DNA from: Atractiella rhizophila
Taxonomy: Eukaryota
Length of the DNA stretch: 64,000 bases
Assembly (NCBI GenBank): GCA_021432655.1
Contig: MU271357.1
Span: 1-64,000 of the forward strand
Direction: 5' to 3'
Each line of letters starts with the position of its first letter. Within the stretch, counting starts at the first letter, position 1. Shown piece after piece: positions 11,665-25,021 of the stretch. The notes beneath the pieces were generated by a model. The model ran no database searches, was not told the DNA's origin, and was given only the letters and a program-made list of their open reading frames with translations. Both the position numbers and the translations under genes were made by a program.

Positions 11665-14625
11665 ATGCCACGTCCTCCAATCTCCTCAATCCTAGATCTT
11701 CTTCCAGGACTTGACCCTGTCATAACCTCCTACCTCTCCTCCTTTTTATCCGACATAATTGCCTTAGAAACAGACGATCCTGTTGAGACATTTGTCCGTC
11801 CTCTGCTGCAATCCGAACGAGTTTCAACAGAAGATACCGATCGGGTCTGCGAAGAGCTTAGGGGATACGTTGACGATGTCCTCGCTGCGAACGATAAATC
11901 CAAAGCTCCGGAGAAGCGTGTGCTCGACAAATCAGTTTCATTGCGTGGAGATGGTGGACCTGTTCTTGTAGCTGGCGGGGCCACGGTGGATATCTCATCC
12001 ATTGTGAAAGGGAGGACGAGTCAAGTGGATGTCAAAAAGCTTGAGAAGGCGGAGGCGAAGATCAGGGCCAAGATGGAAAGGAGGACAGCTGGACAAAAGC
12101 GTATGGTTGAGTTTGAGAGCTCCAAGCTGGTGGAAGCTATGAAAGCACAAGTACGTCTCTATATCATTAATTAATTACTATGCGAACTGACCATTTGGTA
12201 TGAGCGCAGCAAGCCTATGAGGATATGTTCGTCAAAGTCAATCCACTCACCACAGCCGCAGCGAGAGCGAAATCAAAAGATATTCATCTCGAAAATATCG
12301 ACGTCAGCTTCGGTTCAAATCCCATTCTATCCAATGCGACTCTTACTCTTGCTTACGGGCGTCGATACGGATTGATCGGACGGAATGGAGTGGGAAAGTC
12401 GACACTTTTGAAAAATATGGCTCTTCGAGAGCTTTCCATTCCTCTCCACATCACCATCCTGTACGTAGAGCAAGAAGTCTTACCCTCAACCACAACATCC
12501 GCCCTCGATTCCGTGCTCCAAGCTGATGTTTGGCGTACGCGTTTGATGGCCGAAGAGAAGGAGCTGACAGAGCTCCTGGAATCAACTGAGGTTGAAGCGA
12601 AGAGAAAGGAAGAGGCAACAACTCGACTGGGTGAAGTGCATAAACTCTTGGAAGAAATTGAGGCGGATAAAGGGCCCTACAGGGCGGCTGAGCTACTAGC
12701 TGGTCTTGGATTCTCGCAGGAGGATCAGCAACGTCCTACCGGTAGCTTCTCAGGTGGTTGGAGAATGAGATTGAGTATTGCGAGAGCCCTGTTCTGTAAA
12801 CCGGACTTGTTGCTCCTTGACGAACCTAGCAACAATTTGTGGGTAATTCTTTGTTTCCACGTCTCCTTGCTAACGCAAGAAATAGAGATCTCAACGCTTT
12901 GGTAGGACCATATACGCTTCCGTGACGCCGCTTCTTACAATTATTAGGCCTGGCTGGAAGACTATCTTAAAAACCAGTGGCAATCGACACTCCTCGTGGT
13001 CTCTCACGACCGTACTTTCCGTGCGTAATTTTTCTCACAGATTTCCAACCTCGCTCAGGACGCACATTGAAATCTAGTCGATGAGGTTGCCACCGATATT
13101 GTCTGGCAACACGACAAACGATTAGACTACTTCAAAGGCAACTTCACCCAGTTCTATGCGACCAAAGTAGGGATCCTCTTTCTACCTTGTTCAGTAGCGG
13201 AACCTCATCTCCTTCTTTAGACTGAGCGTACTAAGAACCAAAAACGCGAATACGAGGCACAGCAGCAATATCGCGCACATCTGCAGGCTTTCATCGACCG
13301 CTGGAGATGTAAGTGGACGTAGTCGCCATTAAGGATTCCAAGTGACACCTCAATAGACAATGCAAACCGTGCACCCCAGGCTCAGAGTAGGATAAAGATT
13401 TTGGAGAAGTTGCCTGAGGTTGGTAATTGCTGATGATAGTTTTTTTGGTTGACTTTGAAAGCTGACGGATTGTTTTTGCAGCTCGAGCCACCGGAGGACG
13501 ATGACGTTGTTAAATTCAAGTAAGCCATAGCTTAATCATAACCTGCTTAACTGCTGCCTCCTTCAGGTTTGCCGAAGCGGACAAGATCTCACCCCCAGTC
13601 CTTCAACTCCAAGATGCCACCTTTTCGTATTCCGATGACATGTCTAAAGCGATCCTCAGGGATGTCAATATCAGTGTATCTCAAGACAGCCGCATAGGGG
13701 TCATTGGTCCAAACGGAGGAGTACGCACATCCCTGCTTTGTGGAACATTGCTCACTCTGTAGCGTTGCTAAAGGGAAAGTCCACCCTCATCAAGCTACTC
13801 GTGGGAGAAAATCAGCCACAGTCTGGTCAGGTTAACCGCAATGGCCGATTACGGATAGGATACTTTGCACAGCACCACATCGATCAGCTCGATCTCGACC
13901 TCAATCCTGTGGCTTTCCTAGCAAAAAAGTTTCCTGGAAAGACGGAGCAGGAATACAGATCACATCTCGGTGGTGCGTTTCCTTCTTTTGACCGTACACC
14001 TCATTGCTGAATGCACCTACTTAGGATTTGGCATTACGGTACGACAATGTTGGTTTGAGACCAGCAGCCACTCTGATTGGACGTTTTAATAGGGTACGAC
14101 TGGTCTTCAGAAGTTGCAAACGCTCTCTGGTGGTCAAAAATCCAGGGGTATGATGTCTTGTTCATCATTTGTTGTCGAGGCCGAAATTTCTTTTTTGTTC
14201 AGTTACTTTTGCCGCTCTCTCGCTGGCTCGTCCACACGTTCTCCTCCTTGATGAGGTCAGCTTCCTTCCATCAAACTAGAATCCGGTCTTGATGACTGTT
14301 GTCTAGCCTACCAATCATTTGGATATTGAAGGTCTTGACGCGCTTATGGCGGCGCTGAATAACTGGAACGGAGGTGTTATCCTGATTTCTCACGACTCCC
14401 GGTTTATCGAAACAGTTTGCAAAGAGGTACGCCGCAACATTACGTATCGGGAGATTTTGCTCATCTGAGGATGTTTAGCTCTGGGTCTGCGCTGGAAACG
14501 GTGCCTGCGAACTCTTCAAGGGAGACGTCAAGTAAGTACCCTACCAATTCATAGGATGAAGCTCACTGTCCTTTAGTGCATACAAGAGCTTGATAGTTGC
14601 CAACCAAAAGAACAAACCAACCTGA
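11665..14625 (+). CDS. GCN20: ABCF-family translational regulator Gcn20/ABCF3; many introns including 14-16-nt microexons
   Basis: Two ABC domains (GRRYGLIGRNGVGKSTLL, FSGGWRMR, LLLDEP; GVIGPNGGGKSTL, LSGGQKSR, DEPTNHLD), no TM segments, FIDRWRYNANRAPQAQSRIK linker. Confidence 0.92.
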
Positions 14626-14804
14626 AGAGGAGTGATTTTACTGAAATGTACTTCTCAGTGTTTCTTGGAGTTACCCTGGCCTAGATGTAATCCATTCCCT
14701 AACCTGCCCTCTGAACACACGTGATATCATGAGGATTTCCTGTAGTCCCGCCGTAGTCCATTATACCATTCGTAACTATCCAAGACCACTACTTTCTCCA
14801 TGAT

Positions 14805-17800
14805 ATGTCTGCAGCAGGGCCAGCAGTAGCAGTAGGTGCACGGGTGAATATAGCTGCGTTTGGGGATGGATGGGTTAAATTCTCGGGAACGACAGATTTC
14901 AGTCAGGGGAAGTGGATCGTAAGTCGCCGTCCATCGCTGGATGAGCTTCAGTAATGTAGCTTTTGCAATTTTGGGGAGTATAGGGAGTGGAATTGGACCT
15001 TCCAAATGGGAAGAATGATGGAACAGTACAGGGAAAGCGGTACTTCGATTGCAAGGCGGGATATGGTGTGTTCGTCCGACCAGGACAGATTAAAGTGCTG
15101 CCAACCCCAGCGGCTCCTTCTCCTGTACGCTGTCTGCTCTCGCTCCACAATGGGTTACTGGAAGGAACTGATTACTGCTGGCCGCGTCACTAGAGCCCCA
15201 AACCTTCGGGTCCCGGAGGTCTAAAACGTCCAGCTGCTGGTCTGACGCCTGGCGGAAAGACGCTCCAAAAACCCGCCTCCTCCTCAGGCCGCACCTCCGC
15301 TGCCTCCTCTTCCGGTACCTCGCCGCGTTCTGGCGCTGCGTCACCAGCCAAAGCCTCTCGAATTGCGAGTGCAGCTGGGAGGAAAAGAGAGAGCGTTTCA
15401 TCCATCCCTCCCGTCACTCCAGGGGCAAATGCGGCCCTAAAGAAGACTCTTTCCGCCGGAGAGCATGCGAGGAAAGGCAGCGTATCGTTTGCGACTCCTG
15501 CGGCCCCTTCAGCAGCTGGAGGCGTACCGCGCCCGACGCACACTCCAAAAGGGAGCATCAGTATGACGCCTACGGCTTCGAAGACAGCTGGAGGATTGGA
15601 GAGGAGGAAAAGCCTTAGTCGTCCCCCGCTGCCGTCTAATCTTTCGCAGTCTTCCACTGCCACAGCTCCCGACACTCCACCCCCTCTTCCCTCGATACCA
15701 CAATCTACACCTCGTCCTCGTGGTGCCTCCATCTCTAAGCCTTCCCATGGTATTGGCGTCGGACGACCGCTGAGCATCTCAGGCTTGTCTTCCATAGGTG
15801 GCGGAGGCGTAGGGGCAGGGATTGGAAGGAGCGATAGCTTGCTAATGGAAGAAGAGCTAGTGCGCAGTCCTTCAGACGACGAGAGGGATAGGGAGATGGA
15901 GGAGAGGATCTTTGCTGAGCTTGAAGCTGAAGAGAATGGGCTCTCGCCTACCAAACCTGCCACTATGCCTCGCAGTGTCTCACAATCTGATCCATTCTCC
16001 CTCTCCCGTCCGGCACAAGAAGCCCCACCAACCGTCCCCGCTCAGACAATACGAGGAGCTTCAGACGCGACTTCGGATTCTGGAGACGAAGAGGGGAGAG
16101 GACCGTGAAAAGCTTCGGGAATTGGATAAACTCAAAGAGGAGAGCGAAGAGTTTATGAAGCTGAAACCGAAGCTGATGTCGCGCGTCCAAGACCTTGTGG
16201 GTGAAGTAAAGGACTTGAAGAAGGTGAATCGAGAGGTGGAGGCGGAGAGGGAGAAAGTGCTGGGAAAATATGAGGAGATGACGGACCAGGTGGAAATGGC
16301 GACGCTTGATAAGGAGGTCGCAGAGGAGCAGTTGGAAGAGTGTAAAGCTGAGTTGGAAAGGGAGAGGGAGAGGAGGGAGGAACTTGAGGTTGAGGTAGGC
16401 GTGCTGAAGGAACAGAATGTGAATGTGATGCCGGCGAGGGTGACTAAGGGAGGAGAGGAAGAGGGTGACGGAAGTGGAGGAGGAGGAGGAGCACCGGATA
16501 GTATTGAATTTTTGCAGTTGCAAAAACAGAATGATCGGCTAAAAGACGCACTTATTCGGTTTGTGCCCTTTTGCTCCTCGAATGGCACGATATTGATGGT
16601 TGGGTTACTGTGGAATAGGCTACGTGACCTTACGAGCGAAACGGAAGCGGACTATAGGAAAAAGATTGCTGATCTCGAGAAGGAGTTGGAGCTTACGCTG
16701 GAGCTTCAAAGTCTGGTTTCCCTTGCACCGCATGCAATGACTGTTGTGCTTAAAAGGCTGACTGAGGGTGGCGGTAGATATGTACGATGTCACAGCGAGG
16801 GATCTAGAAGACGCTGAAGCCCAGATTGAGGAGCTTAAAGGTCAGCTGGACGACTCTTCCGAAAGCCAGGAACTACTCGAGAGGCTGACTGAGCGCAATC
16901 TCACTCTCTCTGAAGTACGGTTTTCGACTTTTATGCCACGAGAGGGAGATGGCTGATCTGTGCCAGTAGAAACTAGAGGAGATGCGTATTATCAACGAAG
17001 ACCTTGAAGCGTTGAAAGAGCTGAATGATGAGCTGGAGGAGAACCACATTGAGACGGAGAAGCAGCTGCAAGAGGAAATCGGTACGTGATCCAGTCAGCG
17101 ATTGCTGGTAAACTGAAAATGTGCTTTCTGAGGGCAGACTTCCGAGATATACAAATTCGCGAGCTTAAGAAGCGTCTTGACACCTACGGCCAATCGACAG
17201 TCGATTATGAAAGTACGATTTCGCAGTTCCGCGAGCTAGTCAACAGTCTACAGACGTACGCTTTCTTTATCCATGCAATCTTCTTGACCATAGATCGTTA
17301 TGGCTAGGGACATTGAGCAACTGAGGGAGCAACATCAGGTGCAACAGCATGAGGCGCAACAATTGTCAAGTCAGACGCAGACGATGTTAGACTTGAACAG
17401 AAAGCTTCAGAACTCGAAGCTTAAAAGCCAAGTCAAGGTCATTGATATGGAACTGCGTCGTTTGGAGGCTTTACAGGCTGTAGAGCACCTTAGCATCATT
17501 AAGGTCTGTTCTCCTGCTCCATTTTCTGCCTGCTACGTGACTGACGAAGGATGACTATAGCCATATCTCACACCTTCCTTCTTTGAGAACGACAGCGAGA
17601 GCGTTGACTCCCTTCTTTTCTTCGAACGCCTTGTCTACAAAGCTGAACTAATTTCGTCAATGATCGAGAGCAATCATAATGTTACGGACAATCTTGTAAC
17701 AGTCCCTGAAGAGCTTATCGCCATTTGTGATGTAGGTCTCTACTCCATCTGAAGAATGGGTTTCCTGAAAGAAGTTTGCCTAGACTCGAACCAAGCTGGC

Positions 17801-19798
17801 CAAATTTGCTGCTCTCTCTAAAAGATTTGTAGCCCACTTCAAGAATTGCGGACCTGAACAGTTTTTGCGCATGGGAAGGACTCATCATGAGGTTTTCTGG
17901 AATCGAGAGAAAGTTGGATGGGTTTATCGATGCGCTGAAGAAGGAAGAGCTGAAAGAAACCGAATGCGCAAAGGAGGTTGATGGGTATGACAATTCCTGA
18001 CTGAAGTATCTGTTCTGAGTGAAAGCCAGGTTCATTGCTCAGGCATTACATCTCTCGGAAGTACACCTGTCTTCTCATCAGGAACTAGCTCTCGGAGAAA
18101 GAGAACTAGCACAGGTGACCATCTTCGATCTGGACCTTGACACCATCGCAAGCGCTGTTGGCTTTACAAAGCAGACGCTTGCTTTGATTACTAAATCTAC
18201 CGGTGAGCAGAACGTGTCTCTTCAGACTGATGGCTGATTTGAGATAGATGTCGAGCTCGATATTGGCGAGAGCAACTTAGATGAGGTCCTCTTCAACCCA
18301 CTTCAGTTCATCTTCAACCTTGCTCGCTCGTCCAAGATTTCTTCTTCTAAATTGCTGCGTCGAATGAGGGACCTTGTTAATGACAATGCGGCATTAGCTA
18401 TGGAGCACGCACAAGGTCTGGCTGGCCTGGCCATATCTAGTGAACCTCTCGCCACCTCCACATCAAAAGTTTGTATAATCTTATCTCTGGCCCACAAGTA
18501 TTCACGAAGATTGTTAGATGGCCGGAGACATTTCACGTTACGTTGCTGACGTTCGCGAATCGAAACGTCCATTCCAATTGTCAAGAGTCACCGCTATATT
18601 CGAGGAGGCGCTTCGAGAAATTAATAAAAAGACGCACACTCCGCTTCAAGAGCTTAATAACATGATCACAAACTTAACCCACGAAGTTGTAGCGTCTCTG
18701 CAATCCTCTCTGGAACCAGAGCATGTCATCAAGCGTGAGCATCTCACTCCGCAGTATTTCGCAAAGAAGTAATTCTATCTCGCTGTCCAGTTGTGTACGA
18801 AAAGCCATGGATTGGTCGCGTTCGGGAGTTACAATCAACTGCTGCAGTCAACGTCGACGCTGAACGCAAGATTGTTAAACTTAATGAGGAGCTTAGGGAT
18901 CTGCTTAGAGAGCTCCGTACTAAGGACGAAGTCATTCAGGAGGCAGGAGTCAAGATCGATCTCATGGACAAACGGATGGAAGCCAGTAAGAAGATGGTCA
19001 GTCTATTTAATTAGCCAAATAACCCTGAACTGACCCACTGTAGTCTGATACACTGGCGGAGATGGAAGCGGACCTCGCGAAGACCAAGAAGGAGAGCAAG
19101 GCTTATGAGGAAGCTTTGGAAACCCTTCAGAGCGATCTTGATGCCATGGAGCAAGAGAACACGAAACTGAAGAAGGAAGGCGTGCAACCAGAGAACAAAG
19201 GTCAAACAGGATTTCTTGCTGGTGCAAACAAATGCTGACTTAGAGTGTAGGCAACGGGGTAGCAAGTGCAGCGGAACCGGAAACTAGCACGTCGTATGAG
19301 AATATGGAAACATCTCGGCTCATCGAACAGGTAAGCAATTTCTTGGGTGTTATCCTTTTATTAACGCTGGAACAGCTCGAGGCTCTCAAAGGCGCTGTCC
19401 GATTCCTTCGCTCCGAAAATTCGTTCCTCAAATCCCAAGATATGATAGCAGAACTAAACTCTCTCCCCACCTATGCCGTTCCGCCTCTCACGCCTCCTTC
19501 CTCTCCGAAGCAAAATGGTGAGAATGTAGCCCAGCCAACTGGATCTATCAGCGACAGGCCGTCAGACAGAATACGCTCGCTTGCCCTACAATCCAAGTCA
19601 CTGTTCAAAGAGGCCGTCACTCTTTCCGCCGCTCCGAAAATCGTCGACTTAACCAAGGTCAAACCTGGGAAGTGGATGCCTATGGCTGACAAACCAGAGT
19701 ACCAGCTGAAAGACAGGCGGCAGAGAATCAAGATGTTGAGCAAGAGGGTGAGGGGTCTGCAGGAAGAAATGCCCATGGCGATCCAGTTGACTGCCTAA
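14805..19798 (+). CDS. NIP100: Dynactin p150Glued subunit; multi-exon, apparent +1 frameshift at 16036-16039
   Basis: CAP-Gly motif [25 protein letters not shown], basic/Pro-rich linker, [53 protein letters not shown]. Confidence 0.93.
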
Positions 19799-19963
19799 TC
19801 AGTTGCATGCATTTGTGCTCGTTTCTTTCTCGGGTCAGTCCTTCGAGTTTTCTTGTTCATTCGTTCTTTGCTATCATTTGTCCACGGCGGCAGTGTTTAC
19901 AGAAAGGGTATCGTAGTATTGTAATCTATATATTCCAACGGATGACACAAATGCAACTTCCTC

Positions 19964-22417
19964 TTACTCAAGCTCCTCTTCCTCTTCCTTCTCACTCTCT
20001 TTCCGTCGACCTTTAACCTTCGTTGTCCCCAAACGACCGGCCAGTGTCGCAGAGTGAATTCCGAGACTGAAGAGACTGGGGCTGCTTGATTGCTTCCTCA
20101 TCCTCGCTAGGGATGGTCTCAAACCAGGACTGGGATGTTGTAAGAAAGCAGCATTGAAGGACTTCGTCCAATTCATGCTCTTCAGTTCTATGTCCTCTAG
20201 CCCGCCTCCTTCTTCGACTTCAGAGGACATTGTGCGTTTTGTCTCCCTTTCTAACGTCTTTAGATCCTTGCTCGCGTTGTGAAACCGCCTCTGGATCTTC
20301 TGATAGTTCTCTCCCTCCTCGGCTCGTATGCGAACGACCTCATCTCCCTCGATTTTGAGAACCGGCAAACGTCTGTTTTCGAATTCCAGATCGACTTCGA
20401 GATCCCGTAGAATCTCAGCGAAGGACCCAAGAACGGAAAGCAGCTCGGCGCTTCTCAAAGCTGCAGGAGATGTGGAAGGATGAAGCCGTTGGTGCCTTGC
20501 GAGAGAGGAACGGAGCTTGTCGATGGTATGGATATAGGTTTCTAGCAATTTCAGGGAGGGTGTAGGAGGACGCGATGACGAAGGCAGAGGAGTTGAGGAA
20601 ACGGGAGACGGCGTGCGCTGTGGGAATGGTATCGGCACGCCCTCAGATAGAGTCGACTCGGCGGTGGAAACAAGAGGTGCAGAATCGGGAAGGACGTGTG
20701 CAGAATCTGAGTTGACCTGTTCAGCGGGCGATGGAGATTGAGACTGAGATGATGGCGATTGCACTGCCGCTTCAAGTTCAACCACGACTAGACTTGGACT
20801 TGCTGGACCTGGAGAGACAGGTTCGGAAGTCGGGAACATGACTGGTATGGGGATGGGGACTGGAGAGAGGGGTTGAGACGCTTGCGCGACGGAAAGTGGA
20901 TCTAGTTGCTGCGAAAGAAAATAAGACAAACTGTCACGTCGAAGGTTTGGATCCTGTTCATCTGCTTTGACCTTGAAAAGATCTAGGTTATCGATTCTAG
21001 CCTTCAGAGCTTGCGGTAAGACCTCAAGAGAATATACCTCCTCTAGTAAGGAGGATATCGTATCTTCCCGGTTCAATTGCTCTAGACGCAGGGAAGTTTG
21101 TAACCGTCGATCTTCTTCCTGTGCCTTGTATTTCCTCTCCGTCTCCGCTAGCTTCTTTTGAAGTTGCTCGACCCTGGTCTGCGTTTAACCCGTGAGTTTT
21201 TATAGCTAACTCTGACAAGGAGAAGCGATGCCGGTCAGAAGAGGTTACGGACCTGTTCTTCCAATAGTCCCTTTTGCAGCACATTTAACCGTTCCATCAT
21301 CCCACCCACAGTCTTCGAGTTCCTATCTTTCAGTTTCTCCAAAGTTTTCAACAGGTCCTTTTGTGAGGCCTGCGCGTATTCCATATAGCTAGAAACGAGT
21401 TTATGAGCCGACTTCTCTTCATTACGCAATGCTGTTAACGAGGACTTCGTGTCTTCATGGGCTGATGTTTCTTGGTCGAGCCGATGTGTGAGGATCGCAA
21501 TTTCATCTCTTGCAGCAGAGAGGCCCTCTTGTAACTTTCCCACTTCCTCGGGGTCAGATAACGGTGGTGGTGTGACGACAGAAATAATTGATGGCTCTGG
21601 TGTAGAAGAGCTCATTCGGAGGGAGCTAGAGAATGAGCGGAGGAGAGCTGGGAGAGAAAGGTGAGACTGAGACGAATTGGACAGCTGGTACTCCGTGCTC
21701 CTGATCGAATGTGTAGGTGACGACGGCAGGTCTTCTCCCGATACGCTCTTCTCAGTCTGCATGACTTCTTTCTGTTCCTCTTCCTCCTTCTCCTTCTCGC
21801 GATCCTTCACATCCTTCAACTTCTGCTCCAACGTTCTTACGAGCTTGGCATATTCCCCCACAACCTTCTCAAGCTCCTTTTTCTGCCTCTCTACAACCTC
21901 TTTCTTCTTCATCTCCTTCTTATGCTCCTCGAAAGTCAAACGGTAGTGCTCCTTCTCCCTCAGTGCATCATTCGCCTTCCTTTCGAGTGCATTCAGCTGC
22001 GTTTGGAAGTCTGCAGACGCATCCGTAAGGGTTGAGTGTTGCGCGGTCAATCGAGCGTGCACAAGTGTCAGTTCATTTAGAGACGTGAGGTTGTTAGCAG
22101 CATCTCGTTCAGCAAGCAGACAAATTTGCCTGCATGCGTCGTCAACACATTCCAAATGATCAGTTTTTACTTTATTTCATGAAGTGAGAGTAATACTCAT
22201 ACCTTAGAGCGTCGACTTCATCCTCTACTATCTTCCTGAGGTCGGCTTCGCGCTGCAGCTCGTCTTGAAGCTGCTTTATTCGGTGCTGTTGCAAATCATC
22301 AGAGCTGAATGCCTCAGAGGCTTGAAGCTTTTCAACCGTCTGTTGGAGCGATAAAAGAGCTAGAGTGTATGGATGGTTTGATATCGATGTGCCTGGCGAA
22401 GTGGAAGCCTCAGTCAT
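19964..22417 (-). CDS. Hypothetical coiled-coil protein; multi-exon
   Basis: Three long same-strand ORFs (120, 306, 370 aa) joined by GT-AG introns. Heptad-rich with Ser/Pro linkers; no family recognised. Confidence 0.65.
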
Positions 22418-24131
22418 GGCCGTTGACGAGTGTGTTGCATAGGGTTCGGACAAATAATGCATGTACTGAACCATATGCACACTAACATCGAAGGCGTTTA
22501 AGATTGAATCATTATTCTCCCTTGATAAACCCATAAATTCATGTCTTGCTCTGGTCCTGTTACTCCTAATCTATTTTACATGTGCCTGGCGCTGCCTCTC
22601 GTTCCTGCCGGAAGCACATATTGAGTCTCTTCATTATTTCCATACTAAAGACGGAGTCACTGCGAGAAAGCTAGATTTTCAATGTTTCCACTTTGCTGGA
22701 CTTTAACACAGAGTTAGAAACATCCAACGGAGCCTAGCTACTGAATCGACCTCAGACATTTTGCAGTGTCTTGACTGCAAGGACCCTTTGACGGGAAGCC
22801 ATCCCTATTTTGACGCCATAAGGAACCCTTCCTGACGCAGATGGGTTGCCCTATACAGTTGCATGCTCCAGTCGCTCCAGTCATAGCACCTCTGGGATGT
22901 TTAGCTTGGCAATACTATGTCGAAGACGTTCCAGTTTTATCGAATATATTGACATGTATCCACTAGACATTTTACAACTACATCTTACTGTCCCTCTCAT
23001 TCGCTCTTCTCCAGTATCTGGGGCATTGGAGGAGGTATTAAGAACAATGCTCTTTTGCGTGACTTTGGTTTTAACTTCAAACCTGGCTATGAATGGCTTC
23101 CACTTATGGGACGAGTCGATTTTCTCTTTGAAAAACATCATGGTCTTACGGTGCACCGTGCGCCGGCTTTCTCACATATCATGCTTCAGCCCCTCCCGAA
23201 CCACCTTAGAGTGCTCGAACTAGCTTGTTTAAAAGCCCAGAAACCAAAATTCTGGTCCTAGTCCAACGCACGTGAGTAAGTCACTGAGTCGCGCCGTGAT
23301 CACCAACACTCATCAACCAACCGCTCTCCCAAGCTCTCCCAGAGCTCTCCTTTCAACTCTCTTTGACCGCATCCTCTCTTTGCCCAACCCTCCCTCCACT
23401 GCAGAGCTCAAGCTGTCTCCTACCCCAAATCCCCTAGAGGTGGGGGTGAGCCTTTCGTCTTGCTTACCACCTTGTTTGGGGTCCTTTCAAAGCTCACAAG
23501 CTCTCGTTGGCTCGCAGAACCCTCGCAAGCCAAACCTCAACGCGTGAGCCTAGAAACCAAACACAACCACGGAGCAGTTTGAACACCTGAGTGCTCAGAG
23601 CGTTGGCAAATAGAAAAATGCGTTCGAATTTCATATAGACCTCGACTCACAACTTCGAACGCACTCCCAGTCAGAGCGATACCAGAACTGGATCAGCGTG
23701 CTTGGATGGCCCATTTCCAGCCTAATTATGGTGTGCCCATCAATCAAAGAGTCAAAGAGATGCTCAAATGCCGGGCAAGAAGTTGCAAGAAAATCGCCCT
23801 CGTCTTGGGTCCGCTCGAGAGCAGAAGAGCTTTGAAATTGGACACTTTGGAGCTGTTCTGCCGCCGCCAGGAAGACGTCGATGAAGAGAGGGAGAACAGG
23901 CCACATGTCATCAAAGAAGGTGAATTTAAGGGAGATGAGATGATTGAAGTACGGTCAGTGATATAAACGTTGGGGAATAACCAGAAAATCCGGAGCAGGA
24001 ATTCCAGTAGCAATGCACATTTCTCCTTTCATGGTTCGCTCGAAGTCATGGATAATAACGATATTAGGCAGCATTTACAAGGTTTTGAAAAATAATGCCA
24101 CTTCACCTTCACCCATATTGCACATTATCTA

Positions 24132-24144
24132 CACTGCCAACTGA
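24132..24144 (+). repeat. Left terminal inverted repeat (13 bp)
   Basis: CACTGCCAACTGA preceded by TA. Confidence 0.88.
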
Positions 24145-25021
24145 AAATCTCCTGTGTCTGGCCAAATTTTGAAAATCTGGACACGGACCAAAATTTCGGC
24201 TAGGCGGCCCCATTCTGTCGATGACGACTGCGCACATTGTCGCAGTCGATCCGTGTACGGATCCACTCTCCTCACAACGTCAGTTGGCTTCTGTCAACCT
24301 ATCCGTCTATGCAATGCACACTGCTGTTGTAGACTTACACCGTAAGTCTCAACCTGCCAACTACCTTGTCATTGTAATGCATACAGCTGTTGCCAGCTGA
24401 CACCACCTGTCTCGAGCTAACTGCAACACATTTAGTGGACCGTAAGCGATCACAAGCGCCTACAACTGCCTGCGTATACCTGCTACGTTGCAAATAGTGG
24501 AAGTTATCCAAATCACAACTCTGCAACTCACTGAATGAATCTTGCCTGTTTGATGTCGATACATCATATTGTACGAGAGTACTCCTTAATCTATATTATT
24601 TCATTGTGATTTCAGCTTTGGGTTATATAAACCTTTTACTTATGAATAAGCTGTTTGATGGGAAGAGTGACAAATCAAAATAAAACAGAGACATATGGGA
24701 TCGCGTTGAGTATTCACTTGTCGATTGGAAGAGTAACAAAAAAAATGCAAGTGATATATAGACGAGTGTAACAATGAGAAAACGTAGAGACATCATTGAA
24801 TACGTTGTGAACTTGTCGATAGGGATGTAGACGTTTGTAACTTTGACAAAATGACATATGTTGGAATGGACAGGTTATAAACGATGTAATGAAGAATTGT
24901 TACTTGAAATATTTTGACAGTGCTGAACATCGAATGATAGTAACAAAACGATCAGTGAGAAAAAACAAAGAAACAAAACGATAAAAAAATGAATATGAGT
25001 GTTAAGTCGTTCGAAGATTGA

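Noticed and set aside
15190..16588. Long antisense ORFs over dynactin (also over SAM2, HSP70 and TVP38)
   Set aside because: Shadow ORFs caused by codon bias of the real gene on the opposite strand.
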